Of a stretch of 64,000 bases of DNA, positions 51,861 through 64,000 are shown in pieces (the first letter of the stretch is position 1; every line of letters begins with the position of its first letter). The stretch is from Mobula hypostoma (taxonomy: Eukaryota), in NCBI RefSeq assembly GCF_963921235.1, contig NC_086097.1, positions 41,480,001 to 41,544,000 of the forward strand, in the 5' to 3' direction. The notes beneath the pieces are model-generated. The model ran no database searches. It saw nothing but the letters and a program-made list of their open reading frames with translations, and was not told the DNA's origin. A program made the position numbers and the translations under genes.

Positions 51861-53610
51861 GTAAAGTGCCTGTTTCATTTCAGAGAGCAAGTGCCTGTCT
51901 AATCAGAAGCTTACAACCACCATTCATTCTCAGATTTTAGTGAGTGTAAGCATAACTTTGACTGTGGCTTTCTTCCATCTCAAGGCATTAATACTTAAAA
52001 TACTCTATTAATGGAAGGTCATCGATCTGAAGCATTAACTCTGTTTTTTGTCTTTGTGGATAGTGCTTGACTTGCTGTGTGTTTCCAGCAATTTCTATTT
52101 TTATTCTAGATTTCCAGTATCTTAACTGCTTTTCAAATGTTGTCCATTATGCGGTTGCCATTGCAGTAACTATAACTTTCATTGTACCATTTGCCTTGAA
52201 TATAGCAATGAATTCTTTGTAGAAACATAAGTAAAATGGGTACTTCTAGCTAAATCATACATTCAGCCAATTCTACCTACAGTGTGTTCTATACATTTCC
52301 AACAAACTGCATGAATAAGACTGGAGTGAAATGCAAGCACCTCTGGCCTGTTTTGTTTTTTAAGTATGTTTCTTTTTACATGTTATGTGGCTGATATAAT
52401 ACTTCTCCAATACTATTTTGGAAATTAGGGATAATTCCAATACCCATGTTGACCATGTGTGCAACTTATCCAACTGAGCTGCCAGTTAACCACATTTGGG
52501 ATGCTAATGAGTTATAATCTATCACTAGGGCTACAAATCCCTCATAAAAAATGATGGAGTTAATTGTTTCCAAATACCGTTCCAAATAGTTCCTGCTCGA
52601 TCCATGTTTAATTGCCCTTTATTAGAATGTGAGGAGGAAGACTGGTAGTTTTCTTCTGACTATCATCTTATCATGTCTTATTGCTGCATCTTCACATGGC
52701 TTCATGCATCATATTCTGACTTCAGCTCACATGTAGTAATGAAGATTTCTTGCATAATAAAGAAAGAGAGCTTCATTTGCAGGTCTTTTCTTGCTTTTAT
52801 GTGCATTCTGCTGCCTCCAGCTCCACCTCTTTTTTCATACCCTCTGCCACAAAGTGATGCAAAGGTTTGAGCAGCCTCACAAGATCTAGAAGGAATTGCT
52901 TATAATACTCTCAGCAGTGACCTGAGTTCTAAATTTTCAAGCTTTGATACATTACCATTGGCTCCTACTGTTTTCTTCACAAGTTGCAAATGATTAGTAT
53001 TGATTTTAAAACCAGGACACACTATAGATCTGATTGCAAAGATGTGCATTTACTTCACTTCATGCTCATGTAACCTCCTAAACATTTATTCCAAATTCAG
53101 ACTTTCATCTGTTTTAGTGGCTATCTAGAGATCACGTTTAACGATGGTACATTACTCACACAATTTTATCCATTGTGGCTTGGTATATAGTACCTTGGGA
53201 GACTAGGAGAAAATGTAAATCCATGGGGTAATCTTGTGTTTGAGTGGAGCTATTTGTGCATGGATTCATAGAGTTGTGAACACAGAAATTAGCCTTTCAT
53301 CCCACCTTGTCTATGTCAACTTTTTTGCCCATCCACACTAATCATATTTGCTGGCGTGTGAAAATGATTTTGACTATCTATGCCTCTTGCAATTTTGTTC
53401 TCATGTCACCCCTCGCTCTCTATCGACCCAGAGAAATCAAGCCCTAACTATCCATTCTTTCCCCACAATTAAGGTCCCCTGATCAAGGCAATATCCAAAT
53501 GAATCTCCTCTGCACTCTCTCCTTCACATAGTGTGGTAACCAGAACTGAACACAATACAAGTAAAGTTTTGTACTTTGTAAAGTTGCAACATTATGCCCC
53601 AGCTTTTATA

Positions 53611-53952
53611 CGAGGGGTGATTGATAAGTTTGTGGCCTAAAGTAGAAGGAGTCAATTTTAGAAAACCTAGCACGTTTATTTTTCAACATAGTCCCCTCCT
53701 ACATTTACACACTTAGTCCAGCGGTCGTGGAGCATACAGATCCCTTCTTTGTAGAAGTCAGCGTTTTGGACCTCCAGAAGTGGTCCACAGCAGGGGTGAT
53801 TGATAAGTTTGTGGCCTAGGGTAGAAGGAGATGAGTTATATAGCTCTCGTTACATGCACGTGCAGTTCAACTGTTTGAGTGATAATGCAGAAAGTGTGAA
53901 GTTAATAACACCTCCTTCTACGTTAGGCCACGAACTTATTATTCACCCTTCG
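53611..53952. mobile_element. Mariner-like MITE
   Basis: TA|CGAGGGGTGATTGATAAGTTTGTGGCCTAA at the left end and TTAGGCCACGAACTTATTATTCACCCTTCG|TA at the right. TA target-site duplication. Extra internal TIR copy at ~53792-53830. Confidence 0.85.
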
Positions 53953-55221
53953 TATTCCGTATCATTGCCTTCTACTGTCCACATTCCTTGGCATCCTAGC
54001 ATTTACTGTGGATGTCCTTACCCCTGTTGACTTCCCAAATATGCAACACATATGATTGTCATGAGATATATAAAGCTTGATGGAATTAAATACTGTTGTT
54101 GCGATTAAGTTCCATCAACCTTTATGTGTCCCATGACATCTAAAATTTTCTCCTTCTTAATACTAACTTGATCCTCATCTTAGTTCTAAAGGGATGTCCC
54201 TTTATTCTGAGTATTGATGTCACCTCAATATCCCGCTGCATCCTTGTATCTGGTACCAAGACGTAAGAGGAATATTTTTCCAAACTATGAGGGAGTATAG
54301 CAGAAGTAGAAATTGCAACCGTGTGCAAGTTATATATACCATGATGGGAAAAAGAATGCATTGACTGAAAGATTTTCAACCTCCACTTTTCAGACCTTGT
54401 GTTAGAATAGTGGAATCAAAGCTAAGCTGAACTCATCCAGCCAAGATAATCACTATTTTAAAACTACTCTGGTCATCTAACATAGCAAGACTTTGTACAG
54501 AGTGTATAATAAGAAAGCATTGTTTTTTCCATTACACCCATTAGCACACTTTATTCCTTGTGTGAGCTTTCAGAATTAATGAATATCAGAGAGGACATTT
54601 ACAGAAGATTACTTGTTGTAAATGAGAATGTGTTCTCAAATGCACATGGGTGAATTATAACCAGAAAAAACATAATTTACTGCTGGTTTGATGTAAGTAA
54701 TCAAAGTAATGCATGCATAAAGCTTTCTATGATAAAAGCGAAAGCAAATTAGCAAGTTTCTCTGATAAGCCATCATAAGTTTAAAAGCAGCTGGATTTGT
54801 ATGCTGATAGATAATGCAGGGGTGCGATGGAGGCATTTCCATTCATATCGCAGCTTTTGTAGAACAGGTAATGTGTAACGAAAGTATTATTGGGAGAAAA
54901 AACAAATAAGATTCCATATTCCTGCAGCTGGTGGGTGGCATGCTGCTAGGAATTGGGGCATTATAGCAGGGACGGAAAATTCCAGCATATGCCTCCTCCT
55001 CCTTCTAAAACTTCAAAACTTACATGGAGAACTTGGCCAGCAAGATCATACAATGGCGTAAAGACGATAAAGTCTGCAGATGCTGGAAATCCGAAGCAAC
55101 ACACACACAAAATGCTGGAGGAACTCAGCAGGTCAGACAGCATGTATGGAAATGAATAAACAGTCGATGGTTCAGGTCGAGAACTGAAGTCCTGAAGAAA
55201 GGAGTCAGCCCGAAACATTGA

Positions 55222-55594
55222 CTGAAAAATAAAATGGATGCTAAACCACAATGTTGAGAGAGTCTCAGCAATGGGGACTGTTGGACGCTACTTTGAAATA
55301 CTTGACATCACATTTCAGAGCCTGAAGTATTTGAGAAAAGGTAACAACTAAATGTGGCTTCAGTAAAGCTGGGATGTCCACTTGGGTCATGGAAGCACTA
55401 GGGGAAAATGGCATTTTGGTGCCATTTTAAGGTACCCAGCCACATACATCAATATTTCCCTCAAATTGACAAGGTTTTAAGTGAATGTGGCTGGGTACCT
55501 TAAAGTGATGTCAAGTATTTCAAAATAGCGTCCAACAGTCCCCATTGCTGAGACTCTCTCAACATTGTGGTTTAGCATCCATTTTATTTTTCAG
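55222..55594. repeat. Nested inverted repeat (90-bp outer arms, 20-bp inner arms)
   Basis: 55222-55311 is the reverse complement of 55505-55594 with 1 mismatch. 55426-55445 is the exact reverse complement of 55485-55504. Confidence 0.92.
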
Positions 55595-56099
55595 AATTTC
55601 CTTTCCCTTTAATCTCAAAGTCTTTTCTCACTTCAAATCTTTCTAAAATAATTGTTCCTCAAGGGAGAGGGAACTGAGTATAGGCAATTAACAGTCTGAT
55701 TAATAAGTTAAGATGATGGTCGGCTAAAGTATTTCTCAGATAGAGCTTGCCTTGTAGGCATTTGCGAGTGTGTTGCATCACCTCCACAATTATTTTAATT
55801 GATCTACAACTCATCCCTTAAATTTTAAAAATGTCTTTGGGCATTTCTGTTTACCAGAGTGAAACATGAAACATGCGGAAAGCAGCATGAATATCTTGTC
55901 AATAATCAATGCTTTAGGTGCTAGTGTTTAAACTGGGAGGATTGAGAATTGTATGGGGGCTCGCTATGTTGTGACAAGGTACAACACGCGAGGCTGCGAC
56001 ACAAGGTAAGAGCCCATGTTGTTGGAGGCAAGGTACCAGCATGGATAGAAGATTGGCTGACTGCCAGAAGGTAGAGAGTGGAGATGATGGGCTCTCTTT

Positions 56100-57755
56100 G
56101 AGGATGAGGACGGAGGGTCCAGTGAGATGGAGGAACTGAGGGAAATACACGTTAATAGGGAAGTGGTGTTAGGTAAATTGAAGGGATTAAAGGCAGATAA
56201 ATCCCCAGGGCCAGACGGTCTACATCCCGGAGTGCTTAAGGAGGTAGCCCCAGAAATAGTGGATGCATTAGTGATAATTTTTCAAAACTCTTTAGATTCT
56301 GAACTAGTTCCTGAGGATTGGAGGGTGGCTAATGTAACCCCACTTTTTAAAAAAGGAGGGAGAGAGAAACCGGGGGATTACAGACCGGTTAGCCTGACAT
56401 CGGTGTTGGGGAAAATGCTAGAGTCAGTTATCAAAGATGTGATAACAGCACATTTGGAAAGCGGTGAAATCATCAGACAAAGCCAGCATGGATTTGTGAT
56501 AGGAAAATCATGTCTGACAAATCTCATAGAATTTTTTGAGGATGTAATTAGTAGAGTGGATAGGGGAGAACCAGTGGATGTGGTATATTTGGATTTTCAA
56601 AAGGCTTTTGACAAGGTCCCACACAGGAGATTAGTGTGCAAACTTAAAGCACACGGTATTGGGGGTATGGTATTGATGTGGATAGAGAATTGGTTGGCAG
56701 ACAGGAAGCAAAGAGTGGGAATAAATGGGACCTTTTCAAAATGGCAGGCAGTGACTAGTGGGGTACCGCAAGGCTCAGTGCTGGGACCCCAGTTGTTTAC
56801 AATAGATATTAATGACTTAGACGAGGGAATTAAATGCAGCATCTCTAAGTTTGCGTCTGACACGAAACTGGGCGGCAGTGTTAGCTGTGAGGAGGATGCT
56901 ATGCGGATGCAGGGTGACTTGGATAGGTTAGGTGAGTGGGCAAATTCATGGCAGATGCAATTTAATGTGGATAAATGTGAGGTTATCCACTTTGGTGGCA
57001 AGAACAGGAAAAGAGATTATTAACTGAATGGTGGCCGATTAGGAAAAGGGGAGGTGCAACGAGACCTGGGTGTCATTGAACACCAGTAATTGAAAGTGGG
57101 CATTCAGGTACAGCAGGCGGTGAAAAAGGCGAATGGTATGCTGGCATTCATAGCAAGAGGATTCAAGTACAGGAGCAGGGAGGTACTACTGCAGTTGTAC
57201 AAGGCCTTGGTGAGACCACACCTGGAGTATTGTGTGCAGTTTTGGTCCCCTAATCTGAGGAAAGACATTCTTGCCATAGAGGGAGTACAAAGAAGGTTCA
57301 CCAGATTGATTCCTGCGATGGCAGGACTTTCATATGGGATGAAAGACTGGATCCTAGGCTTATACTCGCTGGAATTTAGAAGATTGAGGGGGGGATCTTA
57401 TTGAAACGTATAAAATTCTAAAGGGATTGGACAGGCTAGATGCAGGAAGATTGTTCCTGATGTTGACGAAGTCCAGAACGAGGGGTCACAGTTTAAGGAT
57501 AAAGGGGAAGCCTTTTAGGACCGAGATGAGGAAAAATTTCTTCACACAGAGAGTGGTGAATCTGTGGAATTCTCTGCCACAGGAAACAGTTGAGGCCAGT
57601 CCAATGGCTATATTTAAGAGGGAGTTAGATATGGCTCTTGTGGCTAAAGGGATCAGTGGGTATGGAAAGAAGGCAGTTACAGGGTTCTGAGTTGGATGAT
57701 CAGCCATGATCACACTGAATGGCCTACTCCTGCACCCATTTTCTATGTTTCTATG
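56100..57755 (+). mobile_element. Relatively young 5'-truncated CR1 LINE nested in an older CR1
   Basis: 298-aa open RT segment (KSPGPDG...QGSVLGP...KFASDTK) and a 3' tail. Older CR1 pieces lie at ~55960-56100 and resume at ~57760. Confidence 0.92.
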
Positions 57756-58119
57756 GTTCCCAATGCCTGGTGAAGTTCCACAGGGGTCAGTGTGGAATCG
57801 GATTTGCTTTATTATTACAACGTACTGAGGTACAATGTAAAACTTATCTTGCCTATTGTACATAAAGATAAAATCTTTGCAGAGCGCAATGAGGTAATAC
57901 AAGGTTAAACAATAACCAAGTGCAGAATAAATACAGGGAAAGTACAGTGCAGGAAAGAATAACATGGACAACCCATCTAACAAGGTAGGTGCAACTTTTT
58001 ACTTTACGCGTCAATGTTCTGGTTGAAGGAACTAATGGCATTGTGGCCAAATTTGCAGGCGATACTGAAATCGAAAATAGAATAATGCAGCGCACTACAG
58101 GCTGTTTGGCCCATGATGT

Positions 58120-58525
58120 TCATGCTGACTTTTTAAACCAGCACGTAAGCAGCATCCATCAACAGAGATGCCCACCATCCAGTCCATGCTCTCTTCTCGC
58201 TACTGCCATCAGGAAGGAGGTACAGGAGCCTCAGGACCCACAGCAAGTTTAAGAACTGCTATTACCCCTCAACCATCAGGTTCTTGAAACAGAAGGGATA
58301 ACTTCACACAAATTCACTCACCCCAACACTGAACTGTTCCCACATCCTATGGACTCACTTTCAAGAACTCCATCTCATGTTCTTGATACCTATTTGCTTG
58401 TTTGTTATTCTGCTCATTTTTTGTTGTTTCTTTGTATTTACTATGAATGCGTGCAAGCAAATGAATCTTAGGGTTCTATATGTTGACATATATGTACTTT
58501 GATAATAGATTTACTTTGAACTTTA
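58120..58525 (+). mobile_element. Rex1/L2-like LINE 3' fragment (same family as 42780-43745)
   Basis: ccatcaggaaggaggtacaggagc...tgataatagatttactttgaacttt. Confidence 0.7.
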
Positions 58526-61500
58526 TATCTTAAATCAATCTAATTCTTCCCTCTCACACAGCCCTCCATTCTTCTATCATCCATTTCTTATCAAAGAATT
58601 TCTTAAATGACTCTTAATATTGTATACCCATGTCCACCACCACCCCTGGCAGTGTGTTGCAGGCACACACCATTCTTTGAGTAAAAAAACTTATCTCTGA
58701 CATCACCACTGTTCTTATCCCTAAAATTATCTTAAAATTATGCCCTTTGAATTAGCCATTTCCTCTCTGGGGAAAGTAAGTCCATAAGACCATGTGACAT
58801 TGGAGCAGAATTAGGCTATTCAGTCCATTGAGGCTGCTCTACAATTCCATCATGGCTGATTTCTTATCCCTCTCTACTCCATTCTTCTGCCTTCTCCAAG
58901 TAACCTTTGACACACTGACTAAACCAATCAATATCTGCTTTAAGTACACCAAATGACTTGGCCTCCACAGCTTTCAGTGTTAATTAATTCCACAGATTCA
59001 CTACCTTTTTAGTAAATAAATGCCTCCTCATCTCTATTTCTCTATTCTGAAGCTGTGCCCTCTGGTCCTAAACTGTGGGACTGTAGGAAATATCCTCGCC
59101 ACATACAATATTTCATCTGCCACTTCTTTGCCTGTTGTCCCAATCTGTCTATATCCTTCCACAGCCTCCCTGCTTCCTCAACACTACATGCCCCTCCTCC
59201 TATCTTTGTTTAATCCTTGAATTTGGCCACTAAGCAATCAATTCCTTCATCTAAATCATTGACATATTACGTGAAAAGAAGCGGTCCCAACACTGATCCC
59301 CTGTGGAACACCGCTTTTCACTGGCAGCCAGCCAGAGGAGGCCCCTTTATTCCCACTCTTTGTCACCTGCCAGTCAGCCAATCTTCTATCCATACAAGTA
59401 TCTTTCCTGTAATACCACGGGCATTTATCATGTTAAGCAGGCTCATGTGCAGCACCTTGTCAAAGGCCTTCTGAAAATCTAAGAAAACAACATCCACCGA
59501 TTCTCCTTTGTCTATCAGCTTGTTATTTCCTCAAATAATGCAAACAGACATGCTGACTTTGGCCTATTTTATCATATACCTCCAAATATGCCAAAACCTT
59601 ATCCTTAATAATGAACTCCAACACCTTCCCAACCATTGAAGTCAGGTTAACAAGCCCATAATTTCTTTTCTTCTGCCTCCCTTTCTTCTTAATGAGTCAA
59701 GTAACATTTGCAATTTTCCAGACCTCCAGGACCATTCTAGAATCTAGTGATTCTTGAAATATCATTAATAATTCCTCCACAATCTCTTCAGCTACTACAT
59801 TGAGAATCATGGGGTGTAGTCCATCTGGTCCAGCTGACTTATCTACCTTAAGACCTTTCAGCTTCACAAGCACCTTCTCCCTCATAATAGCAATGACATT
59901 CACTTCTGCACCCTGACACTCTTGAACTTCTGACATACTACAAATGTGTTCTACAGTGAAGACTGATGCAAAATACTTACTAAATTCATCCACCATTTCT
60001 TTGTCCTCCATTATTACCTCTCTAGCATTATTTTCCAGTAGCCCAGTACCTACTATCACCTCTTTTTTAAACTCTGTATATCTGAAAAAATCATTTTGTA
60101 TCTTCTTTTATATTATTGATTAGCTTACTTTTAAATATGTCATCTTTACTTTCCAAATGGCTTTTTAGTTGACTTCTGTTGTTTTTTTAAAGCTTTATAA
60201 TTCGCTAACTTCCCACTAATTTTTGCAATATTATATGTCCTCTCTTTTCCTTTTATGCTACCTTTGACTTTCTTGTCAGCCACAGTTTCCTCATCCTCCT
60301 TTCAGAATACTTCTTCATCTTTGAGATGTACCTATCTTGCACCTTCTGAATTGCTCTCAGAAACTCTAGCCTTTGCTGGTCTACCATCATCCCTGCTGGT
60401 GTCTCCTTCCAATCAACTTTGCCCAGCTCCTCTCTCATGCATCTGAAATTCCCTTTACTCCAATGTAATACTGCTACATCTGACTTTAGCTTCTCCCTTT
60501 CAAACTGCCGTGTGAATTCTTTCATATTCAATGTCTCCTAACGGTTCCTTTACCTTAAGCTCCCTAATCAAATCTGTTTCATCATACAATGCACAATCCA
60601 GAACTGCCTTTCCCCTTGTGGGCTCAAATACAAGCTGCCCTAACAAGCCATCTCATAGGCATTCTACAAATTCCTTCTACGGAGATCCAGTGCCACCCTA
60701 ATTTTCCCAATCTACCTTCTAATTGAACTCTCCTATGACTATTGTAACGTTGCCCTTTTTACATGCCTTTTCTATTTCCCATTGTAATTTGTATCCTGCT
60801 TCCTGTATAAGTTTCATAGACCTGTACATATCTCCCATCAGGGTCATTTTACACTTGCAGTTTCTTAACTCTAACCACAAGGATTCAAAGTTCAAAGTAG
60901 ATTTTTTATGAAAGTATTTATACCTTATACAACTTTGAGACTTGTCTACCTTACAGGCAGCCACAAAACAGAGAAACCCAAAAGAATCCGTTAAAAAATA
61001 GACCATCAAACCCCCAATGTGTAGAGAGCAAGAAAATGTGCAAACAATTAAAGTAAGTAAATAGCATTCAGAATTGATGTTCATGAAAGAAAGTCCATTC
61101 CCAGACACAAAGTCGCAACTTCAGTTAAGTGCAGGGCCAAGCAAATGTCACTGAACAGTGAGCTGGACTGTCCTGTCCCTAACCTTGGGTCCTGACTCCC
61201 TTTTCAATCTGGCCCAGTGGCCAAATATCAGGTTTTTTTGCTTCAATATGTTCTGGGGCCTGGATCCCACTGCCACGACTTGGCTAGTACCTGACCTTTC
61301 CAATTCGACCTGGCACTTGTATGGATTGAACCTGAAGTCCATAAGACAGGAGCAGAATTAGGTCATCTGGCCCATGGAGTCTGCTCCACCATTCAGTCAT
61401 GGCTGATCCTTTTTTGAATCTCCTCCTCAACCCCAGTTCCCGGCCTTCTCCCTGTAACCTTTGATGCCAGGTCCAATCATGAACCTATCAATCACTGCCT

Positions 61501-64000
61501 TAAATATACCCAGCAACCTGGCCTCCACAGCTGCATGTGGCAACAAATTCCACAAATTCACCACCATTTGGCTAAAGAATTTTTTCCGTATCTCTGTTTT
61601 GAAACGGCGCCCCTCTATCCTGAGGTTGTGCCCTCTTGTCCTAGACTCTCCCATCTACTCTGTCTAAGCCTTTCAACAGTTGAAAGGTCTCAGTGAGATC
61701 CCTCCTCATTCTTCTGAATTCCAGCATGTACAAACCCAGAGCCATCAAACATTCCTTGTATGATAACCCTTTCATTCCTAGGATCATCTTTGTGAACCTC
61801 CACTGGACCCTCTCCAATGTCAACACATCTTTTCTAAGATGAGGGACCCAAAACTGTTCACAATACTCAAGGTGAGGCCTCACCAGTGCCTTATAATGCC
61901 TCAGTGTCACATCTTTGCTCTTGCAATCTAGACCACTTGAAATGAATACTAACATGGCATTTGCCTTCCTCACCACCAACTCAACCTGCAAGTTAACCTT
62001 CAGGCTGTTCTGCACAAGGACTTCCAAGACCCTCTGCATCTCAGATTTTTGGATTTCTCCCTGTTTAGAAAATAGTCCACACATTTATTTCTACTACCAA
62101 AGTGCATGACCACGCATTTTCCAATATTGTATTTCATTTGCCACTTTCTTGTCCATTCTCCTAATCTCTCTAAGTCCTTCTGCATCCTTCCTGTTTCCTA
62201 AACACTACCTGACCCTCCACCAATCTTCGTATCATCTGCAAACTTGGCAACAAAGCCATCTATTCCATCATCTAAATCATTTATATACAGCATAAAAAGA
62301 AGTGGTCCCAACACCGACCCCTGCAGAACACCACTAGTCACTGGCAGCCAACCAGAAGAAGATCCATTTATTTCCACTTGCTACCTTCTACCAATCAGCT
62401 AATGCTCTAACCATGTTAGTAACTTTTCTGTCATACTTTGGGCTTTTAACTTGTTAAGCAGCCTCATGTGTGGCACTTTGTCAAAGGCCTTCTGAAAGTC
62501 CAAATATACAGTACAACATCCACTGCATCCCCTTTATCTATCCTACTAGTAATCTCCTCAGTGAGTTCCAGCAGGTTCGTCAGGCAGGACTTTCCCTGAA
62601 GGAAATCATGCTGACTTTGTACTATCTTATCCTCTGTCACCAAATACTCCATCACCTCATCCTTAAAAATTGACTCTAACATTTTCCCAACCACTGAGGT
62701 CAGGCTAACTGGTCTATAATTTCCTCCTTCCTCCTTTCTTAAAGAGTGCAGTGACACTTACAATTTTCCAGTCCTCTGGCACCATGCCAGAGTCCAATGA
62801 TTTTTGAAAGTTCATTTCTAATGCCACCACAATCTCTAACGCTACCTCTTTCAAAACCCAAGGGTGCAGTTCCTCTGGTCCAGGTGACTTATTTACCTTT
62901 AGGTCTTTCAGCTTTTTGAGCAACTTCTCTCTTGTAACGCTTCTCTCTTGTCACCCTGTTCTCTTCCTTCACACACTCAACGTCAGGCATACTGCTAGTG
63001 TATTCCACAGTGAAGACTGACGCAAAATAGTCATTTAGATCATCAGCCAACTCCTTATCCACGTTATTATTTCTCCTGCCTCATTTTCTAGCAGTTCTAT
63101 ATCTACTCTCATTTCTGTTTAATTTTTAACGTACTTGAAAAAACTTTTACTATCCACTTGATATTATTTGCTAGCTTGCTTTCATATTTCATCTTTCCCC
63201 TTCTAATGATATTGTTATTTGTTCTCAATAGGTTTTTAAAAACTTCCCAATCCTCTATAGAAACATAGAAACATAGAAAACATACTGCACAATACAGGCC
63301 CTTCAGCCCACAGTCCTGTGTCGAACATGTATTTACTTTAGAAATTACCTAAGGTTACCCATAGCCCTCTATTTTTCTAAGCTCCATGTACCTATCCAGG
63401 AACCTCTTAAAAGACCCTATCGTACATGCCTCCACCACCGCAGGCGGCAGTTCATTCCACGCACTCACCACCCTCTGCGTAAAAAAAACTTACCCCTGAC
63501 ATCTCCTCTGTACCTTCTTCCAAGCACCTTAAAACTGTGCCCTCTCATGCTAGCCATTTCAGCTCTGGGAAAAAGCCTCTGACTAACCACACGATCAATG
63601 CCTTTCATCTTATACACATCTATCAGGTCACCTCTCATCCTCCGTTGGTCCAAGGAGAAAAGGCCTAGTTCACTCAACCTATTCTCATAAGGCATGCTCC
63701 CCAATCCAGGCAACATCCTTGTAAGTCTCCTCTTCATCCTTTCTATAGTTTCCACATCATTCCTATAGTGAGATGACCAGAACTGAGCACAGTACTCCAA
63801 GTGGGGTCTGACCAGGGTCCTATATAACTGTAACATTACCTCTCGGCTCTTAAACTCAATCTCACGGTTGATGAAAGCCAATGCACCGTATGCCCTTTTA
63901 ACCACACAGTTAACCTGCGCAGCAGCTTTGAGTGTCCTATGGACTCAGACCCCAAGATCCCTCTAATCCTCCACACTGCCAAGAGTCTTACCATTAATAT
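58525..64000 (-). mobile_element. Stack of nested, degenerate CR1 LINEs (at least 4 pieces)
   Basis: Repeated RT and endonuclease motifs (KSAGPDG, IVIGEFN, NYRPVSLTSVVGK, LVRPHLEYC) and separate 3' tails at ~58785, ~61340 and ~63260. Confidence 0.9.

Overview
Repeat-rich vertebrate DNA, most likely a cartilaginous fish (shark or ray), inferred from the CR1/HER1-like LINEs, V-SINE-like SINEs and Penelope fragments. The window lies inside an MDGA2 gene on the + strand. An FN3-end exon (1214-1394) and the first MAM-domain exon (51705-51860) are separated by a ~50.3 kb intron, and more intron follows. Most of the rest is transposable-element debris: many CR1 LINEs (one near full length), Rex1/Babar- or L2-like and RTE-like LINEs, Tc1/mariner and Harbinger-like non-autonomous DNA elements, three internally deleted gypsy-type LTR elements and a solo LTR. 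Five observations stand out. (1) A 2.2 kb non-autonomous LTR element whose RT-RNaseH-integrase core is replaced by a fragment resembling the C-terminus of host SH3KBP1/CIN85, i.e. apparent gene capture. (2) A very young 4947 bp Gmr1-like SCAN-gag element with a single open 939-aa ORF of Gag-protease plus catalytically dead IN/RT relics. (3) Candidate MDGA2 microexons near 33.1-33.4 kb, including a 4-nt one with strong splice signals. (4) An RTE LINE with a twin-priming-like 5' inversion. (5) A nested near-perfect fold-back at 55.2-55.6 kb. All homology calls come from recalled protein motifs, not database searches. Coordinates of degenerate repeats are approximate.
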